Program-made: the position numbers and the translations under genes
Shown here: positions 49,601 to 64,000 of the stretch, piece after piece
Layout of the letters: each line of letters starts with the position of its first letter
How positions within the stretch are numbered: position 1 is the first letter of the stretch
The notes under the pieces: model-generated
What the model saw: only the letters and a program-made list of their open reading frames with translations
Databases searched by the model: none
Told to the model about the DNA's origin: nothing
DNA from: the human T2T-CHM13v2.0 reference genome, Homo sapiens
Assembly (NCBI RefSeq): GCF_009914755.1
Contig: NC_060928.1
Length of the DNA stretch: 64,000 bases
Direction: 5' to 3' (one strand)

Positions 49601-50577
49601 TTGACCTGGAAGTGAGGAAAAGGGAATGCTTATACACTGCTTCTTAGGAATGTAAATTAGTACAACCTCTAAGGAAAACAGTATCGAGATTCCTTAAAGA
49701 GTTAAGAGTAGATCTACCATTCAATCCAGCAATCCCACTACTGGGTATCTATCCAAAGGAAAAAAATAATAATTATATTAAAAGACACTTGCACATGTAT
49801 ATTTATAGCCACATAATTCACAGTTGCAAAGATGTGGAACCAATGTTAAATGCGCATCAACTAATGAGCAGCTAAAGAAAACGTGGTGTATATACACCAC
49901 GGAAAACTATTCAGCCACTAAAAGGAATGAAATAATGTCTTTTGCAGAAACTTGGATGGAGCTGGAGGCAATTACTCTAAGTGAAATAACACAGGAGTGG
50001 AAAATCAAAAATCATATATTCTCACTTACAAGTAGGAGCTAAGCTACGAGTATGCAAAGTCATACAGAGTGATATAATGCACTTTAGAATGTAGAAGGGG
50101 GAGGGTGGGAGAGGAATAGGGATCAAAAACTACACATTAGGTACAATGTACATTACTCAGGTGACAGATAAAATCGCAAATTCACTACTATATAATTCAT
50201 TCATGTAACAAAAAAAAAACACTTGTACCCCAAAAGCTATTAAAACAAAAATTAATTTAACAAAATGTCTATGGAGGTCATGGAAGCTCTTGTAGCTAGG
50301 ATCCCAGAGGCCCATGGTGAGAGTGTGTTGTCCTGCAGTTCCTTCACTCACCCCTTCCCTAGAACTTATTCAGGGCCAGGTGCTGGTCCGGTTGCTCAGC
50401 AACTCCATGCAGGGTTCCCAGCTCCCTCCCTCCTCTACCTCAGGGTCAGCATCACTTCTCTATCCACTTTCAATGTTTGCTCTCAAAGGATCTGTTTGAA
50501 GTGTGACGGTTTACTCGATATTTTGGTTTCTCTCAGTGGGAGAGGCAGTTCCTGGCTATGTCTAGTTGATCATCTTC
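46660..50577 (-). mobile_element. L1PA15-16-type element: 5' UTR and start of ORF1 joined to the ORF2 C-terminus and 3' UTR
   Basis: 5' end aagatgatcaactagac at about 50577; ORF1 coiled coil (47415-47633); junction at about 47257; 3' UTR at 46660-46960. Confidence 0.8.
48936..50262 (+). mobile_element. 5'-inverted L1 (L1PB4/L1MA1-like): inverted piece 48936-49165, forward piece 49165-50262
   Basis: Orientation switch at ttggctta; TSD aaat(t/g)tctatgg at 48924-48935 and 50263-50274. Confidence 0.85.
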
Positions 50578-50904
50578 TAGTTTTCTATAAACAAAATCAT
50601 GCCATCTGAAAGCAGATATTTTCCCTTCTTCCTTTCTGATTTGGGTGTATTTTATTTATTTTTCTTGCCTAATTGCTCTGGGCAAAATTTCCAGCACTAT
50701 ACTGATTAAAAGTGCCAAAAGTGGGCATCCTTGTCTTGTTCCTGATCTTAAATAAAAAGCTTTCAGCATTTCACCATTGAGTATAATGTTACCTGTGTAC
50801 TTGAGTTATATGGCCTTTACTGTATTAAGGAATATTCCTCCTATTCCTAATTTGTTGAGAATTTTTAATTATAAAAGGATATTGAATTTTCTCATAGGCT
50901 TTAT

Positions 50905-51174
50905 TTTTTATCACTTAGCTAATTATTTTTTAACTTTTATTTCAAATTCAGGAGTACAGTTGCAGGTTTGTTACATAGGTAAACTTGTGTTATGAGTGCT
51001 TGTTACACACACTATTTTGTCACTCAGGTATTAAGCCAGGTACCCATTAGTAATTTTCCTGATTCTCTCCCTCCTCCCAACCTCCACTCTCCAATGGGCC
51101 CCAGAGTGTGGTGTTCCCCTCTATGTGTCCATGTGTTCTCATCATTTAGCTCCCACTTATTAAGTGAGAACATA
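50905..51174 (-). mobile_element. Short L1PA 3' end (about L1PA12-14)
   Basis: gcaggtttgttacataggtaaacttgtgt...tttagctcccacttat antisense 3' UTR. Confidence 0.85.
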
Positions 51175-51449
51175 CTTTTTCTATTGAGATGACCATATGA
51201 TTCTGTTGAGATGATCATATATTTCTTATACTTTATTCTGTTAATATGGTATATCACATTGATAAGTTTGTGTTTATTGAACCATCCATGCCTCCCAAGG
51301 ATAAATCTAAAAGGATCAAATGTGGTGCAGGAAAAAAAAGTTAAGAAAATGGCCTTGGCAATGATTTTTTTGGCTAGTACACCAAAAGAAGAGGCAGTAA
51401 AAGCAAACATAAACAAGTAGGACAACATCAAACTAAAAAGTTTCTGCAC

Positions 51450-51740
51450 GGCTGGGGGCGGTGGCTCATGCCTGTAATCCTAGCACTTTGGGGGGCCGAG
51501 GCAGGTGGATCACAAGGTCAGCAGATCGAGACCATCCTGGCTAACATGGTGAAACCCCATCTCTACTAAAAATACAAAAAAATTAGCTGGGCATGGTGGC
51601 AGGCGCCTGTAGTCCCAGTTACTCAGGAGGCTGAGGCAGGAGAATGGCATGAACCCAGGAGGCGGAGCTGGCAGTGAGTCGAGATGGCGTCACTGCACTA
51701 CAGCCTGGGCAAGAGAGCGAGACATCGTCTCAAAAAAAAA
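51450..51740 (+). mobile_element. AluY
   Basis: Perfect 15-bp TSD aaaaagtttctgcac at 51435-51449 and 51741-51755. Confidence 0.95.
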
Positions 51741-51941
51741 AAAAAGTTTCTGCACAACAAAGGAAACAATCAATAAAAAGAAAATGCAGAATATGGAGTG
51801 GGTGAAAATATTTGTGAACTACATATTTATATATAGTTCATATATATACTTCTATATACATATATGCAGGGTTATATATATAGATATATAGATGTGTATA
51901 CAGATATAATAGGTGTGTATCTATATATATATACATACACA

Positions 51942-52185
51942 AAGTGAAATAACACATAAGTGGAAAACCAAAAACCATATGTTCTCACTTATAAGTGGGA
52001 GCTAAGCTATGAGTATGCAAAGTCAAATAGAGTGATACAATGTACTTTAGAGACTCAGAAGGGAGAGGTTGGGAGGGAAATAGGATCAAAAACTACACAT
52101 TAGGTACAATGTACACTATTCAGGTGACAGATGCAGTAAAATCTCAGAATTCAGTGCTATATAATTCATCCCTGTAACGAAAAGG
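51942..52185 (+). mobile_element. Isolated L1PB4/L1MA1-like 3' UTR fragment with no terminus or poly-A
   Basis: Aligns with 49979-50215 of this window. Confidence 0.85.
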
Positions 52186-52874
52186 GAGAATATGGATTGG
52201 GTGAAAATATTTATACATATACATATTTACATTTATATATATGTATATATTTATATATTTATATTTATACATTTATATTCATATATATATACACACACAT
52301 ATCTACAGATGTGTATATTCTTATAATATATAAGGATACATGTATATCCTTACAATATATAAGGATATGTGTATATCATTACAATATATAAGGATACGTG
52401 TATATCCTTATATATATGTGTGTCTGTGTGTGTATGTATGTTAACCTTATATATAGACACAGGGTTAATGTCCTAAATATATAAGGAACACATACAACTC
52501 AATAGCAAAAACACAAATAACTCGATTTAAAAATGGGCAAAGGACCTAAGTAGATATTTCTCAAAAGAAGACATGCAAATGGCCAATGGATATATAAGAA
52601 ATGCTCAACATCACAAATCATCAGGGAAATGTAAATCAAAACCACAATGAAATATCACTTCACACTTGTTAGGATGGCAAATACCAAAAAGATAAAAGGT
52701 ATGTGTTAGTGAGGGTGTGCAGAAAGGAGAACCCTTATACACTGTTGGTGGAAATGTAGATTGGTACAGCCCTTATGAAAAGTAAAATGTCAATTCCTCA
52801 GAAATTAAAAATAGAACTATCATATGACCCAGCAATTCCTATTCTGAATATATACCCAAAGAAAATAAATTCAG

Positions 52875-53913
52875 GAAGGTGATAGCAGCCAAGATGGCCG
52901 AATAGGAACAGCTCCAGTCTACAGCTACCAGTGTGAGCGACGCAGAAGATGGGTGATTTCTGCATTTCCATCTGAGGTACCAGGTTCATCTCACTAGGGA
53001 GTGCCAGACAGTGGGCGCAGGACAGTGGGTGCAGCACACCGTGCGCGAGTCGAAGCAGGGCGAGGCATTGCCTCACTCAGGAAGCACAAGGGGTCAGGGA
53101 GTTCCCTTTCCTAGTCAAAGAAAGGGGTGACAGATGGCACCTGGAAAATTGGGTCACTCCCACCCCATTACTGCGCTTTTCCAACGGGCTTAAAAAACGG
53201 CGCACCAGGAGATTATATCCCGCACCTGGCTCAGAGGGTCCTATGCCCACGGAGTCTCACTGATTGCTAGCACAGCAGCCTGAGATCAAACTGCAAGGTG
53301 GCAGCCAGGCTAGGGGAGGGGCACCTGCCATTGCCCAGGCTTGCTTAGGTAAACAAAGGAGCCGGGAAGCTCGAACTGGGTGGAGCCCACCACAGCTCAA
53401 GGAGGCCTGCCTGCCTCTGTAGGCTCCACTTCTGGGGCAGGGCACAAACAAACAAAAAGACAGCAGTAACCTCTGCAGACTTAAATGTCCCTGTCTGACA
53501 GCTTTGAAGAGAGCAGTGGTTCTCCCAGCACGCAGATGGAGATCTGAGAATGGGCAGACTGCCTTGTCAAGTGGGTCCCTGACCCCTGACCCCCCAGCAG
53601 CCTAACAGGGAGGCACCCCCCAGTAGGGGCAGACTGACACCTCACACGGCCGGGTACTCCTCTGAGACAAAACTTCCAGAGGAACGACCAGACAGCAGCA
53701 TTCGCGGTTCACAAAAATACGCTGTTCTGCAGCCACCGCTGCTGGAACCCAGGCAACCAGGGTCTGGAGTGGACCTCTAGCAAACTCCAACACACCTGCA
53801 GCTGAGGGTCCTGTCTGTTAGAAGGAAAACTAATGAACAGAAAGGACATCCACACCAAAACCCCATCTGTATGTCACCATCATCAAAGACCAAAGGTAGA
53901 TAAAACCACAAAG
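52875..53913 (+). promoter_or_regulatory. L1 5' UTR internal sense promoter and antisense promoter region
   Basis: Complete 5' UTR with YY1 motif caagatggccg; partly CpG-decayed; activity is not shown by sequence. Confidence 0.65.
53257..53331 (-). pseudogene. Truncated L1 ORF0 (24 aa)
   Basis: MAGAPPLAWLPPCSLISGCCASNQ then stop; matches the N-terminus of primate L1 ORF0. Confidence 0.8.
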
Positions 53914-54930
53914 ATGCGGAAAAAACAGAGCAGAAAAACTGGAAATTCTAAAAAGCAGAGTGCCTATCCTCCTCCAAAGGAACACAGTTCCTCACCAGCA
54001 ACGGAACAAAGCTGGACGGAGAATGACTTTGACGAGTTGAGAGAAGAAGGCTTCAGCCGATAAAACTACTCCGAGCTACAGGAGGAAATTCAAATCAAAG
54101 GCAAAGAAGTTAAAAACTTTGAAAAAAATTTAGACGAATGTATAACTAGAATAACCAATACAGAGAAATGCTTAAAGGAGCTGATGGAGCTGAAAGCCAA
54201 GGCTCGAGAACTACGTGAAGAATGCAGAAGCCTCAGGAGCTGATGTGATCAACTGGAAGAAAGGGTATCAGTGATGGAAGATGAAATGAATGAAATGAAG
54301 CGAGAAGGGAAGCTTAGAGAAAAAAGAATAAAAAGAAACAAACAAAGCATTCAAGAAATATGGGACTATGTGAAAAGACCATATCTACGTCTCATCGGTG
54401 TACCTGAAAGTGACGGGGAGAATGGAACCAAGCTGGAAAACACTCTTCAGGATATTATCCAGGAGAACTTCCCCAATCTAGCAAGGCAGGCCAACATTCA
54501 GATTCAGGAAATACAGAGAATGCCACAAAGATACTCCTTGCAAAGAGCAACTCCAAGACACAAAATTGTCAGATTCACCAAAGTTGAAATGAAGGAAAAA
54601 ATGTTAAGGGCAGCCAGAGAGAAAGGTCGGGTTACCCACAAAGGGAAGCCCATCAGACTAACAGCGGATCTCTTGGCAGAAACTCTACAAGCCAGAAGAG
54701 AGCGAAGGCCAATATTCAACATTCTTAAAGAAAAGAATGTTCAACCCAGAATTTCATATCCAGCCAAACTAAACTTCATAAGTGAAGGAGAAACAAAATA
54801 CTTTACAGACAAGGAAATGCTGAGAGATTTTGTAACCACCAGGCCTGCCCGAAAAGAGCTCCTGAAGGAAGCACTAAACGTGGAAAGGAACAATGGGTAC
54901 CAGCCACTGCAAAATCATGCCAAATTGTAA
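53914..54930 (+). pseudogene. L1 ORF1 (338-codon span) with premature stops
   Basis: ATG at 53914 (MRKKQSRK); in-frame stops at 54061 and 54241; ends NHAKL*. Confidence 0.93.
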
Positions 54931-54993
54931 AGACCATCGAGGCTAGGAAGAAACTGCATCAACTAACGAGCAAAATAACCAGCTAACATTAAA

Positions 54994-58820
<3,827 letters not shown>

Positions 58821-59176
58821 ACAATGAGAACACATGGACACAGGAAGGAGAACATCACACTCTGGGGACTGTTGTGGGGTTGGGGGAGGAAGGAGGGATA
58901 GCATTAGGAGATATACCTAATGCTAAATGACGAGTTAATGGGTGCAGCACACCAGCATGGCACATGTATACATATGTAAGTAACCTGCATATTGTGCACA
59001 TGTACCCTAAAACTTAAAGTATAATAATAATAAAATAAAATAAAATAATAATAATAAAAAGAAAATAAAATCAGTACTTCTTAAAGAGATAGCTGCACTG
59101 CCATGTTCATTTTGGCATTGTTCACAATAACCAAGATATGGGAACAACCTAATTGTCCATCAATGGATGAATGAAT

Positions 59177-59180
<4 letters not shown>

Positions 59181-59230
<50 letters not shown>
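59181..59230. repeat. (TG)n(TA)n microsatellite
   Basis: About 19 TG units followed by a TA run. Confidence 0.95.
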
Positions 59231-59231
<1 letters not shown>

Positions 59232-59806
59232 GGAATACTATCAGGTCTTTAAAAAGATCTTACCTTTTGCAACAACATGGATGAAACTGAAGGACATTAT
59301 TCCAAATAATGTTATCTGGTCACAGAAAAGCAAATACTGCATGATTTTGCTTACGTGTGGAATATTTAAAAAAAAACAAAAACAGAGTAAAACAGTTGGT
59401 ACCTGAGATATGGGTACAGATGGAGACATGTAGGCAAAAAGGTACAAAGTTTCAGTGATATAGGATGAAGACTTCTAGAGATCTCAAGTACAGCATGAGG
59501 ATGATAGTTAATAATATTGCATTGTATACTAGAAATTTGCTGAGGGTAGATTTTAGTGGTTCTTATAACACACAAAAATAATATGTAAAATGAGGGAGAT
59601 GTTAATTGGCTTCACTGTAATAATCATTTCACTATGTATATGCATATAAAACATCATGTTGTATACCTTAAATATATATAATAGAAATATATTAAAAGTA
59701 AAAAAGCTATTATGTCATAAAAACATAAAGTGCCTTTTGTTTCAGGTATACAGTGAGACAGTAAGAAAAGCAATTCTAGTTTTCTTTTATTTTGTTTCCT
59801 CTTAAG

Positions 59807-59896
59807 GTATACATCACAGAGTGTCAAGAGCGAAGATCTGGAAGATTTTGGTTGTACTGTGAACAAGTCATTTTTGAGAGTGATGTTGCCCAATAG
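59807..59896 (+). other. Candidate 90-nt internal exon of an unidentified transcript
   Basis: Long pyrimidine tract then taag|G acceptor, AG|gttagt donor, higher GC than flanks, one fully open frame. Confidence 0.3.
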
Positions 59897-60239
59897 GTTA
59901 GTTTATTATTCTCCACACCTAGCACTGTGCCTTTGTTCAGAGTAGTTGCTTTTTAATATTATCAGAGTAAGCAAAGGGATGATATATTACATTAAATACA
60001 CTCAGCTCCAGGTTTTAGGGAAATGTTTACATTTTGACCATTCTTTCACTTACATAGACTTATTGTTATTTACACAACCAAAGACATCTGAATTTTAAGT
60101 CATTTTTCTTCTGGAAGAGTATGATAAACAAAAGATGTAATCATTTTGGTCCAAATTGAATCACCTGTCAATAGTTGATCTTTCATTTTACATTCTGGAG
60201 GACTAATCTGAGGAAACAAGTTAAAGAAGATGCCATATC

Positions 60240-60790
60240 TCATATCATTTGTTCAATAAAGCAGAATTTATTTAGCATCTTTGTGCTAGAGGGGATACAA
60301 AGAGGAAAAATATTCAAGTTCTACCTCAAAGAAATTTCAATGGAATGGAAAGTAGAAATGAGACAAATGCACATATATGCCTGTAATGCAAGATAGAAGA
60401 TTAGTACCATTAATTCCATGGGGTTCTAAATAGTGAGAAAGTTCATTTGCTTGGAAGAATGGGAAAAATCTTCCCAAAAGAGGACATTTTAGATAGGAGT
60501 AGAAAAGCTAGTAGGATTTTGCTAAATAGGTGCAAGTATTCATAGGTGAAAGAAAGAGCATAAGCGAAGTTCTTACATAGCAAAGCATAAGGCATGTAGA
60601 GGATACAGTAGAGGATTAGAATACAGAGGGAATGAAGAATAAAAAATAATAGGACTGAAAAGGAGAGTTAGATGCTATAATACATAGGTCGAAGCCTTTG
60701 CATTTATATAATAGTCAATAGTGAGCCTTGATATGCTGGTGAGCTAGGGAATGGCATGATCAGAGCTGTGTTATAGAAGACTCTTAAATC
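60240..60790 (-). mobile_element. LINE-2 fragment
   Basis: atttatttagcatc...tgtgctag, gggaatggcatgatcagagctgtgtt motifs typical of the antisense L2 3' region. Confidence 0.6.
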
Positions 60791-61191
60791 ACATCTTTCC
60801 ACATATATATGAGAATAATGAAACAATGGTTTCCCAGATGACAATATTCTTTTCTTCTTCTGTAACATTATTTCCTATAAAAATAATTTCATTTATATTA
60901 CTCATAATATATAATATGTAGTATTTTGAGTAATGTAGAATAAGCTGTGATGAAAATAAGCCCCTAGGTAATTATTGTGTGGTCTTATCTTGATGTCAAA
61001 TGGCTTTTTAATTGTTGGGAGGAAGTAGGGAGGAGTTGAGGAATAGAAGTGTCTCATTACTCATGTGTATTCAATTCCAATAAATATTTAAATAAAGGTG
61101 TTTAATTCTATTAAACATTTGGCAATATAATTTTTTATTTTTAATAATAGTTTTAATTGGTTTTGCTTACTATTAGATTCTTATTACTATA

Positions 61192-61519
61192 TATTAGTCC
61201 CCCCATTATCTTCAGGGGATACTTCCTAAGACCCCCAGTGGATGCCTGAAACTGTGGATGCTACAGAACCCTGTACATACCATGATTTTTCCTATAAATA
61301 CATAGCTGCGATAATGTTTAATTTATAAATTGGCACAGCAGGAAATTAACAACAATAACTAATAATAAAATACAACAATGATAACACTATGCTGTATAAA
61401 AGCTATGTGAATGTTGTCTGTCTCTCTCTATAAATATACTGTAATATTTTCAGATTGCTGTTGGCCACAAGTAACGGAAACCCGCAGAAAGTGAAAGAGT
61501 GGTTAAGGAAGGACTACTG
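61192..61519. mobile_element. MER44A (Tigger7-derived MITE)
   Basis: TIRs tagtccccccattatc and taaggaaggactactg; aagacccccagtggatgcctgaaac. Confidence 0.88.
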
Positions 61520-63529
61520 TATTCAGAAAATTAAATCAAATTACAAGGCTCAAATGGAAGGCTCCAGTAAATTTCTTTCTCTTCTTTATCATCTGCTCTT
61601 CACATAAAACAACACTGCAATGCTTTAAAAAGTGTTACTCCAGTTACTAATGAGATGTTCATTTTTCTTGGTTATACTGAGTGGTACTTCCAAAAGTAGT
61701 TTCTTATAAAATTGCCTATTTGGTCAATCTAAAATTAGGCCACCAATGTTGTAAGAAGAGATTGAAAAATTTGCCTATAATATGGTATAAATTACGAACT
61801 TGTATTGATACTTCAAAACGTGAGTCTAAGCTAGAACTACTTTCAGTCAAATTTAAGTCATTATTACCTTTCTTTCAGAAACCATGGCATAAAACTAAAA
61901 AAAAAAACAAAAAAACAAAAAAAAAAACAATTGCAGAAAAGTGCCCTAAATTGGTCCAATAAATCAAATTCAAATCAATAAAAAGCAATTATGACATATT
62001 TAATTTTATTCCATTTTAAATCAATCTATAAAATTCTGTGTTAATCTCTCTACAGAAGATAGCCTTAAAAACTAAAGATACTTTTTCCTCTTCATTTCCC
62101 CCTTAGTCTACTGATTTTAGAAAATCATTTTTTATATTCATTCACAAGGACTTTAAACTATGCTATAATTATGAAATATCACAGCTTCATATATTCCATT
62201 AAGATAAACATTTTTACCATGAAAGAGCTTTAGTAAAATTAATAGTCATAAATAAAATGTCTAAAAAACTGTTCTCTTAATTTATAAGAAAACATTATGT
62301 GTTCTATTAGAGTTTAGTAAAACCTTGGGTGAATAAAACAGTGCTATGCTGATTTACATAGGACTATATTTTTCAATGAATCTAGATTAAAATTCAGTTG
62401 AGAAAACTTGAGGAAAGCTCATACCATATGTGCTTATGATTTTATCTTCATGAAACATTTCTCTGAGTCAATTAAAAAGCAGCTAGAAGACTAACAAAAT
62501 AAAAGTTCTCAAATGTCATTGCATTTCAATACTTGTAGAAAAATAAAGAGTTAATCTTAACATCTGGATTTCTAGTTTTCTACATAAGATGTAGTAATGG
62601 AAGATGAGAGTTGTTTGAGCTAATTTATCTTTCAGGCTTAAGTATCTCATCTTTTTCTCTGAAAGTTTTTAGATGTTTCAATAGCTGATTTCTGTGTAAC
62701 GTTATAACCTTTACATCAGGTTTATTTTTCTCTCCACAGATGGTCATTTGATAATGATAGATGAAGCATGTCTGAATAAAAAGTTATGAAACACACAGAT
62801 TCATAAGAATTACAGACAGTATAATTACTTTATTGCTAAGCCTTCTATATATTCTATTACCTTGTATACACATAAAACATATAAATGTGTATCTTTAACT
62901 CACTAAATTAAAAGACACCATTAAAACATTAAAAACACAGCTATATATAACTTTGCTGGAATGATATTCATATTTAAGTCCATGAATTTTAAAGCTAAAA
63001 GTACTGAAAAATTATTTGTTCCCCTGTTTTATCCACTGAGACTGCCTCTGCAACATACTCACAATGTGATTATCTGACTTAACAGTTGAATGTCTCCAAT
63101 AATTTCTCCAATTGACAGAAACAGAAGGGACAAAACTTTTTCATTAAAGAATAATACTGAGAAGTAGCTTTAATTCAGTCATGGAGTACATACAAAAGAC
63201 AAAGTCCTGGGTCACAGTTGTGTCAGGATTTAGTAGAGAGTGCATATAATATGAGATAAGCACATATCCAAAATCTAGTCAGCTAAATCACAAAGGTATT
63301 AATGACTAGCAGTGGAATAAAAGAAAGGAGGGGTTTAAGAGGTTTAAACTAATTATACTGACAGCACTGTTGCTGTTAAATAACTTTTCTTTACCTAAAT
63401 ATGGCAAAGGGAACAGCAGATTCAGCTCTCTGTGCACCTCGAAAGTATCCCAGAAATAATCACAGCAATGAGAAACTCATAAGCTAAAATATCCCTCTGC
63501 ATCTTCTGATTACAGTGTCTATTGCTATA

Positions 63530-63608
63530 TACCATGTTCCAGGTATGTAGAACAGTGCCTTTCTAATAGTAGACACTCGGTAAATATATGCTAAATGCAT
63601 AAATGAAT
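63530..63608 (+). mobile_element. L2 3' terminus
   Basis: tagaacagtgcct...atagtagacactcggtaaatat...taaatgaat. Confidence 0.6.
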
Positions 63609-64000
63609 CTATTTTGAAGTCAGGAAAAGTGTGGGAAGGATAGCATGTGCAATCTGTTTTTATACAAAAAAAAAAAAATCTTTTACAGTAATATCCCCAA
63701 AAGTCTTCTCTTTAGGTTTCATAGTTAAAGTAGAGTTATAGAACCAACCTTAGCTGTAAGAAAGGATGGAAAAGAGAGTATTTAGCTTGTCTAATCTCTA
63801 TAGTGGAGACAGCAAGGGATAAGAGACATTGGAAATAAGTATCATGTCAACCAACCAACAGAAACTTCCATGCACTGCAATCTATTATTTCAGCTAAGTT
63901 TCAAAACTTCATATTAGTTATTTTTATTACACCCATTTATTGAATGAGTAACTCAAAAATTAAGATTATTAAGCAACTTCTCTCAGGTCTCACAATTATG

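Overview
AT-rich primate (human/great-ape-like) intronic or intergenic DNA dominated by transposable-element fossils. I found no host protein-coding gene, RNA gene or CRISPR array, and no convincing new enzymatic system; essentially every ORF in the track is a decayed L1, ERV, Alu, L2 or microsatellite frame. Main content, left to right: an old L1MC 3' half; three Alus; a near full-length L1PB (AluY inside) fused directly to an HERV-K9/HML-3 env remnant and its MER9 3' LTR, which abuts an antisense HERV-L (gag-pro-pol-dUTPase) with one MLT2A LTR carrying a ~440-bp TA expansion; scattered MaLR LTRs, MITEs and L2/MIR; and a 13.2-kb nest of L1s bounded by one 13-bp target-site duplication, including a full-length L1PA3. 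The most interesting signals are structural: a multi-element deletion junction, an internally deleted L1 with an in-frame ORF1/ORF2 join, two local templated copies, several fold-back/template-switch scars, a lengthened MADE1 (miR-548-like) hairpin and a few candidate exons. Repeat subfamily names come from recalled consensus sequences, and boundaries without a stated TSD are approximate.
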